Part shown: piece by piece, positions 23,705 to 36,630 of the stretch
Numbering within the stretch: the first letter of the stretch is position 1
How the letters are laid out: the number at the start of each line of letters is the position of its first letter
Source of the DNA: Macrostomum lignano
Taxonomy: Eukaryota
Assembly: GCA_002269645.1 (NCBI GenBank)
Contig: NIVC01001985.1
Location: forward strand, 91,042-155,041
DNA length: 64,000 nt
Reading direction: 5' to 3'
Notes under the pieces: model-generated
Told to the model about the DNA's origin: nothing
Database searches by the model: none
Seen by the model: only the letters and a program-made list of their open reading frames with translations
Translations under genes and position numbers: made by a program

Positions 23705-24132
23705 TGTACACTCACTCCCTGCCCACTAACCCCTCTATATACACACTCTAACCCCTCTATGTACATTCACTCCCTGCCCACTAACCCCTCTATACACACT
23801 CACTCTCTAACCCCTCTATGTACATTCACTCCCTGCCCACTAACCCCTCTATACACACTCACTCTCTAACCCCTCAATGTACATTCACTCCCTGCCCACT
23901 AATCCCTCTATACACACTCACTCTCTAACCCCTCAATGTACATTCACTCCCTGCCCACTAACCCCTCTATGTACACTAAGTCCCTGCTCCCACTAACCCC
24001 TCTATGTACACTTACTCCCTGCCCCCTCTAACCCCTCAATGTACACTCGCTTCCTGCCCCCTCTAACCCCTCAAATGTACACTCGCTTCCTGCCCCCTCT
24101 AACCCCTCAATGTACACTCGCTTCCTGCCCCA
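23705..24132. repeat. C-rich minisatellite downstream of PAH
   Basis: Recurring CACTCCCTGCCCACTAACCCCTCTAT(A/G)TACA units and shorter variants. Confidence 0.85.
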
Positions 24133-25159
24133 ATCTAGGCTAAATTTTGATTGATTGAAATTTTGATTCTACCTTCTAATTTACGACAGAAAACCCTTTC
24201 CTGTCAAAATAGTAACAAATATATAACCAATACAGGATTATTAACATTTTCTATGCGTAAAAATTCCTGCCAATAATACTGGATGGATTTTTCAGAGCCC
24301 TACGTTCACAGCTTTCAAGGATTCGTTTCAAATTATCAGTAAATGAAAATATTTTTGAAGTTTGTCACTTGATAAATTAAACTTTTGAAATGGAACAATA
24401 TTTTTCACACGAGTATACCTACCGGTATTATTTCATCTGCATGCATTTTTTACAATTTACCAATTTTGCCAATATCTCTCTATCTCAGTATATTTATCTA
24501 AAACATTTAAACTATTTAGTATTCCTTATAAAGCCTTTCGCAATATGAGAATAAATATTCACGTGTACCGCACTCGGCTAGGAGCAGCAATGCGTTCTCA
24601 GGTTGTTGCCACAAATCTCATTGCCAATAAATTTTACATCAAGCTGAGTTTTATAAAGGAAATTCCTTCCTGTTTTTGTTAGTCAATAGTTATTATATTC
24701 GTATTATCCATTTCTATTTTTCAATCTATCAATCAATCAATATACTATTTTTTTCGCATAATTCAAATTTTCTGTTTTGTTCCTTCTTTAATTTTTTTAT
24801 TGATAGAATCGCTAGTCGAGCGGGTCATACTGTTGAAAGTTAAGCAGAGTTGGTTGCGGTTAGTACGCTTGTGTCACGCTGCACCCCTCAAGGATACCGC
24901 TGTGTTTTGATAGCAGCTCTTGGTTCTTGATAGAAATACAGTCAGATTAGAAATTTTCAATTATCGAGTGATCTATCTAATTCATCTGCAAGATTAATTT
25001 AATAGGCTTGAAAAGTGTTTTCACTGGCCTAATTATGCTTCTCTTGGGTTCCTCTAATTTACATTGAAGTCTGAAATTCCGATGAAATTAACATGACTCT
25101 TAGTTGCTCGAGTCACTTCACGTCGTACACACATTCACATTCTGTGTCTGTGTCTTGGG

Positions 25160-25265
25160 GTGTTAGCCTTCATAGGCGTTAATCGCTAGGCAAATCTCAG
25201 ATGTGACCGCTCGCGGACTCGAAACCTAGGGTACTTACTCGTACTTTAGCTCAGCAACTCTGCTC
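25160..25265 (-). mobile_element. tRNA-derived SINE-like fragment
   Basis: Minus strand contains B-box-like GGTTTCGAGTCC followed by non-tRNA sequence; no closed cloverleaf. Confidence 0.35.
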
Positions 25266-25548
25266 TATGCTAGACTGAACTGTTTTGAGACACTATAGCA
25301 GAGGGGTCGGCAGTTTTTTACCTCAAGGGCCAGATAGAGAAACTAGCGCGAGACTGCGGGCCACAGGAGGGGAGAGAGGAGAGGGAAGTTAGTAGAGAGA
25401 AGAGAGATGGGAGGAAGGAGAAGCTAGGGAATAAAGTAGAAGAGGAGACGAAAGAAGAGAAGGGAGGAGATTAGAGAGCAGCGAGTTGAGAAAAGACGCA
25501 AACCTTGAGCTGGAATCTATCATTTTTCATAATCCTGCACGGCGCACC

Positions 25549-28500
25549 ATGTCGCACCGAGTCACAGACGAGCAGGCCAGCCTACTAGAACAGCTAGCCG
25601 ATGCTATATTCTCCAGCGCCGGCGTCAAAGCGTCAGACACCCGGCGCCAATCGCTGGCCCGCTGTCTGCACACGTTGCGCAATCATCGGTTCGCAGGCGT
25701 TGATTGGCCGGGCGTCAGGCAGCAGCTGATTGGCTTAGCCGATAAGCTGCGAGTCCACGCGATGTACCGAGAGGCTCGACTATTGGAGCACCGGTCTGGG
25801 CGGCTGAATCAGCTGCTGCCGGACAGCGAGCTGCGGCACAATCTGCTGGCATTCCTGCTGGCCTCCTCGAACAGCCCCGTGGCCTGCTGGGCCGGCGGCG
25901 CCGCCGCTGATCTCCCGTCCGATGACGAGGCCGAGGACAAGCGGCGCGACGCCGAGAAAGATAAAAAACGGGCAGCCGACGAAGCGGCTATAGACTGGCG
26001 CGCCCTGCTGACTGACGGCATCGAGGTCAAGTCCGACTACGGCGGCGAGACGGACTCGGAGTCTGGCAGTGATGATGAAGATAGTGATGCGAACTCGTAA
26101 GTGCTGGAAACTTGCTTTTGTTACTGTTTAGAATCGCTCTTTTTGTTCCCTCCGAGCTCTGTTCAGAGTCGCCCTCCCAGCTCTATTCAGAATCGCCCTC
26201 CCAGCTCTGTTCAGAGTCGCCCTCCCAGCTCTGTTCAGAGTCGCCCTCCCAGCTCTATTCAGAATCGCCCTCCCAGCTCTATTCAGAATCGCCCTCCCAG
26301 CTCTGTTCAGAATCGCCCTCCCAGCTCTGTTCAGAATCGCCCTCCCAGCTCTGTTCAGAGTCGCCCTCCCAGCTCTGTTCAGAGTCGCCCTCCCAGCTCT
26401 GTTCAGAATCGCCCTCCCAGCTCTGTTCAGAGTCGCCCTCCCAGCTCTGTTCAGAGTCGCCCTCCCAGCTCTGTTCAGAGTCGCCCTCCCAGCTCTGTTC
26501 AGAATCGCCCTCCCAGCTCTGTTCAGAGTCGCCCTCCCAGCTCTGTTCAGAGTCGCCCTCCCAGCTCTGTTCAGAGTCGCCCTCCCAGCTCTGTTCAGAG
26601 TCGCCCTCCCAGCTCTGTTCAGAATCGCCCTCCCAGCTCTGTTCAGAATCGCCCTCCCAGCCCCATACAGAATCGCCCTCCTAAACCCTACTAAACCCCT
26701 TAGTAGGGTTTATTTGGGTTTATGATCTATGATCATAAAATATGATCTTATGTCTGTTCAAACAAACAATTGCAGCTCTATTCAGAATCGCCCTCCCAGC
26801 TCTGTTCAGAGTCGCCCTCCCAGCCCCATACAAAATCGCCCTCCTAAACCCTACTAAACCCCTTAGTAGGGTTTATTTGGGTTTATGATCTATGATCATA
26901 AAATATGATCTTATGTCTGTTCAAACAAACAATTGCAGGATTTCCGAGTCCGGACCAGCCCGAAATGCTCAAACTCAACGTCAGCCTCAGGCGGGCCCAG
27001 CTCGGGAGTCGAATACGCGACCTCCACAACAGCCTCAACAACAGTCGTCGGAGCAGCAGCAGCAGCAGCAACAACAGCAGCAACAGCAGGCATTGCTGAT
27101 GCAAGCCGAGCGGCACCAGGCTTATCTGCGCTCACACCTGCAGCCGGAGTACTGGAAAGACCCAGGCAACGGTGTCGTTGGTGATTGCTATGGCAAGGAG
27201 CACCAGGCGGAACGCTGGGGCCAGCTCCGTCTGGACTGGCAGCAGTTGCTTCTTCGATCAACGCCAGCCGGCGGCGCCATCTCCGGAGCTGCTCGAGTTG
27301 AAGTGACTCAATACCAGGCTGTCCGGGAGACAATCTGGATGCTGTCCGGGTCCAGGGACTCCATGCTGTACACCTGGGACTCCACTGCCAATACGCCTTC
27401 AGTTACGGTCTCCGGCCGTGGGTGCATGCCTCATCTGACCGACGGCGCTTTTGACCGGCTGCTAGCCGATTTCGCCAATCTGGGAACCTCCGTTGCTAGG
27501 CTGCGGTTGCTAGCCGAACGCCTGTTGCGTAGCAACGGCGCTGATTTGTCTCCGTCGGTGTCGGCGCTGGCCGGCCGGCTGCATGCGGACCTGTTGGCGC
27601 CATTTCAAAACGGTTTACTCCGCTTAGAGACCGAGTCAAGTCTGATGCGCCTGCGCTCGGCCATGTTGCCATGGCAACGCGCTATCGCCGGGGCTGCCGC
27701 GTTGGTCAACAGAGTGGCCTGGTCGGACGCTGACGCGGCAGTCAAAGATCCGGCAGCCGGAGTTCGACTGCTCGACTGCCTGGAGCGCCAGGCTGCCCGA
27801 GCCGACTTGACCGAATCGCCAATCTACGCCGCCTTCTCTCGGCGGGCCTTCCGTCTGTGCCTTCAGCCGCTGTTGGAACAGCTGGACCGCCTGCTGTGCG
27901 GCCGACCAGCGCCCGGCCTGCCCTTCCTGCCGCCGCTGCCCGCCGACCCGCCGCCTGAGTCGGCCTATTGGCTGGCTCCGCTGCCGATTGTCGATCGGGC
28001 CGTGCCGCAGTTGCTGCGCCCGCTGCTGCCCGACCTGACCTCGGCAGCGATGTCCGCCCACCTGTTGAAGGCTGTCAGCGAGAGGCAGCATCTGCCTAAA
28101 ATTTGGCGAAGCTTGACTCAGCTTGGCGAGGCGGCCCCGCTGCACCGGCTGCTTGCTGACGTTCGCGATGGTCAGCAGTCGTTTTCCGTTGAGGCGCCGG
28201 TCGAATATCGGTGAGTTGCTGGATGGCGATAATGATTACCTCTTGACTAACCTCAACTAATCTGTATTGCCTTGCTCATTAGCCGCTAGGGGTTGTAGCC
28301 TAGTGGTTAAAGCGTCTGACTCACGACTGAAAGAGCAAGACACTTAACTCTGCATTGCTTCAGTTCACCCAGCTGTAAAATGGGTGCCAGCATTATCTGG
28401 GGTAATTGAGGGTGTGTGGCGAACCCCCGCAGTCCTTGGACTGAACAGTCGTACGCAGCCTTCAGATGCGCCGCGCGATAGCTGCGGCTGAGCTGTCGGT

Positions 28501-30236
28501 TGGGGTATTAGGGCAGGTGTAGTGTATTATTATTCAACTATACTTGACCTTAGGATCGGTCTCTAGATTTGACCTCTGAATCGGTCTCTAGATTTGACCT
28601 TAGGATCGGTCTCTAGATTTGACCTCAGAATCGGTCTCTAGATTTGACCTCTGAATCGGTCTCTAGATTTGACTTCTGAATCGGTCTCTAGATTTGACCT
28701 CTGAATCGGTCTCTAGATTTGACTTCTGAATCGGTCTTTAGATTTGACCTCTGAATCGGTCTCTAGACTAGTAGCATTACGATTAGGCATAAAAAGTGCA
28801 ATCCTCGCCTCAAATCCGCCCAGCTACCCGCTCGCCCTGCCGCACACGGATGCTGACCAGCTCGGCATGGAGGCGCCTCTCCTGTGGCGCAGCGTCCAGT
28901 TGCTTCCACCGCCTGCTGTTTCTGGAAACTGCGGCGACTCGGCGGCCTCCGACAGCAACGCTATGCCGACATCCGCTTCGGTCGACCGCCGAGTCCAATC
29001 AGCGATCCGCAACCGGTGCCGTCAGGTGAACCGGCTGGCTGTTGAGTCCCTGATCGGGCCGCAGCTTCGCTTAGCGGACTTTGTCGCATTCGCGCACAGC
29101 CTGTTCTTAATGCTTGACCGGGACCTGCTCACGCCGCTGTGCGACCTGCTCTACGCTGAACTGCGCGCCGGCCAACCGACCAGCGACGAGCTGGCGCTGA
29201 ATCTCAGTCTGCGCGCCTGCCTGCTAGCCGGACAGCCGGCCTGCCACTCGGCCCAGTTTGCCAACTCCGTATGGCTGACGCTGACTTCACCAGCTGCCAC
29301 CGCCGCCGTTGAGCACGGCTCTGAGTCGGCCGCCAGCGGCCTGCTGTTGATTGACAGCCTCAAGCTGAATTGCGAACCGCCTTGGCCACTTGGCGTCGTA
29401 TTTACGGAGACTACGCTGCGGGTATGCATGATTTTTATTGGTTCTTCAATAAGCTAGCATTGGATAAGTTAGCAGAGCTGACTGCGGTTAGTACGCAGCT
29501 TAATAGAGGTTTGGTGTCGCCCCTCTGGGGGATGCAGTGACCCCCACGGTGCCAGCGCTGCACACCTGACCATCTTGTAGTGTCGGTCAGGCATATTTCT
29601 GTTATTCTATTTTTCCCAATTAGAAATCATTCATATGCCGCTTTAAACAGTATTCTACTTTAAGTAGTAACTCGCCATGCGCAGGTGTACTCCGAGTCCT
29701 TCCGCTGGCTGCTGAAGCTTCGCTGCGCCAAGGAGCTGCTCGAACGTCTCCGCTTTGACGGCCTTCGCTGCGCCGACGATTCCGGCCTGCGCTATCAGGT
29801 GTACAGCCTTCGACAGCAGCTGCTGCACCTGCTGACAGCTTTTCATCAGGTCACAGCGCACCGTCTGGCTACTGCGGCCGATCTGCCCGACCGTCTGGCT
29901 GCCTGCCAGGCTGGGCCGGACGAGCTGCGCTCCGTTCTCGACCAGTTCGCCACCAGATGCGCTCAGGTGTGCCTGATTGACACTGGCGAGGCCGCCGCCG
30001 CCACCGCTGGGAAGTCGTCGGCGGCTCCCCGGGTCCGCCAGATGATGTCTGGCCTGTTCCGCTCCGCCGTGGTGTTCTCGCGTCGCTGGTCGGACGACCG
30101 GCTCACAGCAGACATTGTTGAATCCATGCAGGCCAAGCTGGACTCTGGCCGGCAGTTTTTCGCCGCATTTGTTGCCACCTTCGCCAAGACTGGCCTGGCT
30201 GAGCACATCGAGCCATTGGTGTCCGCCATGGCCTGA
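25549..30236 (+). CDS. TUBGCP5: Gamma-tubulin complex component 5, ~989 aa
   Basis: join(25549..26096,26939..28210,28824..29421,29685..30236), 2970 nt, phases consistent. GCP5-type N-terminus (LRNHRF, HNLLAFLLASSNSP, IDWRALLTDG plus acidic tract), YLRSHLQPEYW, VTQYQAVRETIWMLSG, GRIP2 PPWPLGVVFTETTLRVYSESFRWLLKL. Exon 3 acceptor is weak. Confidence 0.88.
26150..26845. repeat. 24-bp minisatellite in TUBGCP5 intron 1
   Basis: Unit CAGA(G/A)TCGCCCTCCCAGCTCT(G/A)TT, about 22 copies plus a duplicated tail. Confidence 0.95.
28285..28534 (+). mobile_element. tRNA-derived SINE (copy lacking B box) in TUBGCP5 intron 2
   Basis: Head GCTAGGGGTTGTAGCCTAGTGG (A box), central GAGCAAGACACTTAACTCTGCATTGCTTCAGTTCACCC, (TAT)n-like tail; homologous to 52431-52640. 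Confidence 0.75.
28545..28767. repeat. 25-bp minisatellite in TUBGCP5 intron 2
   Basis: Unit GACCTCTGAATCGGTCTCTAGATTT, about 9 copies. Confidence 0.92.
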
Positions 30237-30263
30237 GCTTGTGAACACTGTAGGTCTGCCTGT

Positions 30264-30742
30264 CCGAGACTCCCTTATCCCTGCAATGTCTGAGACTCCC
30301 TTATCCCTGCAATGTCTGAGACTCCCTTATCCCTGCAATGTCTGAGACTCCCTTATTCCTGCAATGTCTGAGACTCCCTTATCCCTGCAATGTCTGAGAC
30401 TCCCTTATCCCTGCAATGTCTGAGACTCCCTTATTCCTGCAATGTCTGAGACACCCTTATCCCTGCAATGTCTGAGACTCCCTTATCCCTGCAATGTCTG
30501 AGACTCCCTTATTCCTGCAATGTCTGAGACTCCCTTATCCCTGCAATGTCTGAGACTCTCTTATTCCTGCAATGTCTGAGACTCTCTTATTCCTGCAATG
30601 TCTGAGACTCTCTTATTCCTGCAATGTCTGAGACTCCCTTATCCCTGCAATGTCTGAGACTCTCTTATTCCTGCAATGTCTGAGACTCTCTTATTCCTGC
30701 AATGTCTGAGACTCTCTTATTCCTGCAATGTCTGAGACACTC
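30264..30742. repeat. 26-bp minisatellite just 3' of the TUBGCP5 stop
   Basis: Unit GAGACTC(C/T)CTTAT(C/T)CCTGCAATGTCT, about 18 copies. Confidence 0.95.
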
Positions 30743-31715
30743 CAGCCCTGAAATCTGTGAGACATCCTCACCATGAAACATTTTTAAGACATCCGAGTAC
30801 TGATTTTCTGTCTAAGGCAACACCAGGCCTGAACTCAGCTTATATCCGCCCATTCTAAATGCATTGTAAATTACTTGTAGCTCTAGTAAAATCTATTGTG
30901 CTTTCCCAGAATTCCAATTGCTTGTAATATTTTTTTCGGTAACAAATTATACAGTTGACTATGTGGTGCTCTTTTTGTATGTTCATTTATAGTTAAATAT
31001 AGAATGCGTTGGCTTGGTTTTGTGTCTAATTTTGCACGAAAACATATCGGCAAAGTAGACATCCAGATTATCAGTTAAAATGCAGTATTTATGCACATAT
31101 TTTACTACTGATCACCCAAATTAACAGCAGTAGTTTGACAAGAAATTTTATTTAGAAATTTTCTGTAGATACACAAAGCAAACGGTCTAGTAGCCCCAAA
31201 AGTCCAGGGATAAAAAATTGGCTCTCTGCCCCTAGCTAGGAGTAATCAAATATTCAGATTGAATTTCTGCTTCTTAAAATAAAGAACGATTCCCTTCTCG
31301 CAATAGAAGCTGCGTATGCTGTAGCTTCACTGCATTCTCGAGAGTGAGAAATTTCGATTGTCACTTGTGCTTCGCCTGCAGCTGGAGACCGTGTCGGCTT
31401 AATCAGCTATTCCACTTGCTGTATTCCATTCTGAGCGCGTTCTGGGTCCGCCCGATGGGCATTACAATTTATTAAATTCTATATTACGCTTGTAGTGACG
31501 GATTCTGGATGGTTATCTTCTATGTCCAGGCCTTTTGGGGGCCGGTTTGTTGGAATATTCTTCAGCACACTTGCGCCGCTGTTTAATAAGTAATAAGCTA
31601 ACTGTAAAGCTTATATGTATAGCTGAGCTCTCATCTTCCCTTCAGAGCTCTGCGTATGGTCTAGGGAATGGTTGCTGATGAAGCTTGATACTTCAGAGGC
31701 ATCATTTTATCCAGG

Positions 31716-32330
31716 GGTGTGAGATTTCGGCTCGTTTGCTAATCCAGGTGTGAGGTTTCGGCTGGTTTGATGATACAAGTGTGAGGTTTCGGCTGGTTTG
31801 ATGATACAGGTGTGAGGTTTCGGCTGGTTTGATGATACAGGTGTGAGGTTTCGGCTGGTTTGCTAACCCAGTTGTGAGGTTTCGGCTGGTTTGCTAACCC
31901 AGTTGTGAGGTTTCGGCTGGTTTGCTAACCCAGTTGTGAGGTTTCGGCTGGTTTGCTAACCCAGTTGTGAGATTTCGGCTGATCCAGATGTGAGATTTCG
32001 GCTGATCCAGATGTGAGATTTCGGCTGATCCAGGTGTGAGATTTCAGCTGATCCAGGTGTGAGATTTCGGCTGATCCAGGTGTGAGATTTCAGCTGATCC
32101 AGGTGTGAGATTTCAGCTGATCCAGGTGTGAGATTTCGGCTGATCCAGGTGTGAGATTTCGGCTGGGTTACTAATCCGGGTGTAAGATTTTGGGTAATTC
32201 AAGTGTAAGATTTCGCCTGATCCAGGTGTGAGATTTCCGCTGATCCAGGTGTGAGATTTCGGCTAGTTTGATAATCCGGGGGTGAGATCTCCGTTAATCT
32301 AAGTGTGTAAATGGAATTTCGAATCCGGGT
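31716..32330. repeat. 23/30-bp composite minisatellite
   Basis: Units GGTGTGAGATTTC(G/A)GCTGATCCA and longer GTGTGAGGTTTCGGCTGGTTTG(ATGATACAG/CTAACCCAG). Confidence 0.9.
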
Positions 32331-35300
32331 GTGTGTATTCAAATTATGCTTCAGGATTTTGAGAGGCAACAGTTACTGTTGCCACTAAAATTGAAATCTA
32401 AGTTGACTTGCCTTTAAAATAATTATTATTGCTTTAAACAGCTCATATGAGCATCGGATAATTCTATCAGAATTAGAGCTATAATTTACGAACCAACCCT
32501 AGCATATCAGGATGTTGCCTTTTAAGACACGGTTCCTTCGGCCGAAAATTAGCTTATTATTGATATAATGCACAGTGCAATGGAGCAGGCATGACTTTCC
32601 GAGGTAGCCCATAGCTACTCTCATCCGCTACTCTCTTTGAGCCTCTCTTTGCGCTGTCGTTGTCGCTTGCAAAGTCAAAGGGGAAAATTCGTGCTCAAGC
32701 GTGGGATTCGCAGAGAAACAAAGTCGCCGCTAAGGCCTTGTATTGGTAAGATGAGACCTGCCTGCCGCAGCTCTGCATGGCGCGGGGGTTCTCTGTGTGT
32801 GGGATTTCAAGGCAGCCGGATTAGCCGGCATCGTCGCTATGTATTGATTATTCAAAGCGTAAAACTGCGGAAACGGATCAACTGCCGCGCCAGTTGTTGA
32901 GGCGGGCAGGGAGAGCGGGCTCGCTTTGAGCTTTGAGCTATATGGATAAATATCTCTATCTGCTCCTCCCTGTCTACTAGGAGCAAAGCTGGAACGCCTG
33001 TCCAGCAAACTGATTTTCTCTCTCTCACTTGTGTTGGAGAGGCTGGATTGCTCCGTTTGCTAATCCAGCTCAGCAGCATGCATTCATTTCGCTTTCATCA
33101 GACAGGGCCGGGTAGGAAAACCAGGCCACACGCAGTGGCAATAGCTGAGATTAACGAATGAGAAATCCCGCGCTCGCGGCCCCGATAACGATAAGCGAAT
33201 TCCTCTGAAGGAAGGCTTCGAGAGGCGGCCTTCTCTTGTTGAGAATGAGATGACAGCTCTGCTCTGAGATCTGCATCTTCGATCGGCATCGAGTCCTCCT
33301 TCAGTTCCCAGCTCTTATGCCGCGTATTTCTTGCTAATAGCTTGCATCTCATTTATTCACGACGGCTATTTATTCATCCGCAGAGTTGCTCTAGTCGACT
33401 CCTCTTCTTGGCCATTAAGTGGGTCACGTCTGCTTTAGCAGGCTCCTCTTCAGTCCGAGTCCTCATTTTTTTCTTGGCAAAACTATCAAAAGAAAGGTTG
33501 ATTGGGAGAGCTGTTACTGGGCTTGGACCGTTTCTGTAGGCCTGCTGCTGCCTTTGAAGTTTTTTGCCTGTGTGTGCAGCTCTTTACAAAACGGCCTTTT
33601 TGTATAACTAAGACCAGAAGGCTAATTTCCGAAATCCCAAGCAGCTTGACTGATTTATTTGCCCTGCAGTCCAGATAGCTTCCTAGCGCCGTCCATGGCT
33701 ACTAATCCTTCAGCCAAACCTGCCGATTACGAAAAAAATCAGTAATTCCTCTCCGGGGGTGGGATTCGAATTCTCAATTTCCTTCTTTCGAATTTGTCTA
33801 TCATGTGTGCTGCTGGCAATATGGGATTTCCAACCACTCGCCCCCATCGCGAGCTCCCGAGACTGAGCAGCTATCAGCTAGGGAGGGCACTTGCTAAAAA
33901 CTTTCTCTCCCCAACTGCATCTCACAAGCCAGATTCTCAGCCATGGAGATCTTGAAACTAGAATCTGGAATAGTTAACAACTCTTCTCCGAAACCCTAAT
34001 TAATTATCAAACGCGACAAAGGGTGACAGCAATTCTTGTCAACTAGGTCTCATTTTAAATCTCAACTGCTGGCTTTCACAGATGTTCTCAAATGCACCGT
34101 TCTTTAAGCGTCAAAAAACCGGACAAAATTTATATAATTCGTTAAATTCGTACTTACAGCTTAGATTTGCCATGCCAGACTCTCATTTTTAAGATCTCCC
34201 TGCCTCCATCAGCTTGAGCAGCTTCCCGTTGTCCTTCGTCGAACAAGCAAGCGATTGCAATATAGTTGGTTGTCACGCAATGGAGCGAGAGAGAGAGAGT
34301 TGAGTGAGGCAACTCGCCCTGCTATGATGGCAGGCCTCAACCTTTCCAGGCTCTCTATCGCTACAATACTTGAAATCCCGGATGTCGAGCCCCGGAAGAT
34401 GCCTGTAAGGTTGGGCTGAGTTTTTTAATCTGGCCAATCAATCTCTTTTTACCGTGACAATTTTCGACCTCATGCCGAGCCGAATTCTCCGAATGCGCGT
34501 GCGTTTTTAACAAAGTATTAACTGGATCAAAGATCAAGCTTGTTGCATTCTATCCAGTTACCATCCATCAACTTTTTGACGTCTTCATTGTTTGAACGCC
34601 TGTACACGCTGTTCTTCGTCGTGTTCTCGATATTTCTACCGCAACTTGGAGCTGCCACTTTATCTACAAAAGGCTGAAAATCTCAGCTTGCTCTAGCAAC
34701 TTCACTTGCCTACAAGCGTATATTCATTCATCTGCTCAACTTTTGGCCTACTGACTCAAACGGTTAGCGACATCTCATTTACGCGTGACAACTGCTGGCT
34801 TGACTAGTGACTCAATTTGCAATAGGCTAGCATTGATAGGTCAGCTGCCGCCTGAGCGATAACGAAGCCTCTCTGTCACAACCATGCAGAGATCCTGGAT
34901 ATTAGCCAAATGAATTCTGCCCATTCCGCTGCCTCCTCAGCACACGCACTCTTACCCACGCTCACACAGGGTGCACAGCGGCCCTGCGTTTTAAATCGTC
35001 AGGCATGTACACTGCATTATCACGGGTGTGAATCGCACCACAACCCCCCCCCCTCTGGACAATATTCGTGCGCACAAGCCCCAAAGGAATGTAAAGCAAT
35101 ATTGTAGTTGCCACGATGCTGACAAGCAATTTGACGAACTTTTCCTTATTAGCTTCGTCTTACTCGTATCCTGAACTTTATCCAAAATAAGTTTAAATAG
35201 ACAACTTGCTTTTATAAACTGTTACATTTGTATTATATATAGTTTGTATTATATTATATTCAACGCTCGAATATGAAGGATTTATTTGTTTCTTTATATT

Positions 35301-36258
35301 AAACAAGCGCAGACAATCTATTTAACAATCCTATCACAGGTCGACGCCTTGTACGGTGAGGTCAGCAAAGGGCACAGAAAAAACAAGCATCAAAAACATA
35401 AACGTCATGTTATAACACTAAGAAAGCTAATGCTAGGACTATAATATTGCACCAGTGCGCCAGGGACACATGCATTGGCTAAGTCATAGGGCAGTGATTA
35501 AACTCATTACAGAACAGAAAGATAACTACTGATCTGACTAATTACTTTTTATATTGCTACTAAAAATGAGTAGAGCATTGTATTCGTTTTTAACTGCTGA
35601 CGATAAACAATGGCGAATGAGGATAATTGAAGCTGTTTTATGAATATTATAGGCGAACTAGACAATGAGATATGATATCAGCATCAGTGCTATATGAGAG
35701 TTAAACAGAATTCGACTATGTACAAATTATTATGCTTGAATCACGATCGAAAGCAATTAAAGCTTAAAGTTTACTTTTTTTATTTACTTCTTTAAAAATA
35801 GACTTAAGTTCGTGCAGTTTAAAATGCTGGCGTTTTATCTTTTTGTAATCAGTATTGACCAAGGATTAGGATTAGTTGATTTTCCATTGCAGCCTCCGCT
35901 CCGGATCAGCTCAGGCCAGACAATTAGACTCAGTTTAGTTTGTTTCTAAAATTGGAATTAGATCAGACAGTTTTAACACTAGACAGTGAGACATGATTTG
36001 TGATTTATGAACTTATGATTATGTCTTCAAGCGGCTAAATATAGAACAGTACAACTACTGTATAGGTTATAAATTGACATTGCTGTTGCTCAATGATTTG
36101 AGCTTTTAGCTTTGAACAACTCTGAATGGGACTCTATCGAATCTAATTTCTGAATGAAAAATATTCAAATCTGAGCAAAATCAATTCAAAACAATGTTTT
36201 GGCTTTTTTACTTTGAAACTGAGTTCTTAGTCAACTTAGCAAGTTTTTTAAAAACGGC

Positions 36259-36630
36259 CACATGACAGACCCATGACATGACCGACTGATTACATGACAG
36301 ACCCATCACATGACCGACTGATTACATGACAGACCATGACATGACCGACTGATTACATGACAGACCTATGACATGACCGACTGATTACATGACAGACCCA
36401 TGACATGACCGACTGATTACATGACTGACACATCACGTGACCGACTGATTACATGACTGACAATCACACGACCGACTGATTACATGACAGACCCATCACA
36501 TGACCGACTGATTACATGACAGACCCATGACATGACCGACTGATTACATGACTGACACATCACGTGACCGACTGATTACATGACTGACAATCACACGACC
36601 GACTGATTACATGACTGGCACATCACATGT
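36259..36630. repeat. 32-bp minisatellite
   Basis: Unit CATGACAGACCCAT(G/C)ACATGACCGACTGATTA, about 11 copies. Confidence 0.92.

Noticed and set aside
26101-26694. 190-197 aa repetitive ORFs
   Set aside because: Stop-free frames of the 24-bp intronic satellite; the flanking TUBGCP5 exons splice around it in phase.
25809-30229. Antisense ORFs of 62-197 aa over TUBGCP5 exons
   Set aside because: Shadow frames of GC-rich coding sequence.
35086-35106. miR-1-like GGAATGTAAAG
   Set aside because: No precursor hairpin with a complementary 5' arm, and the 3' half does not match.
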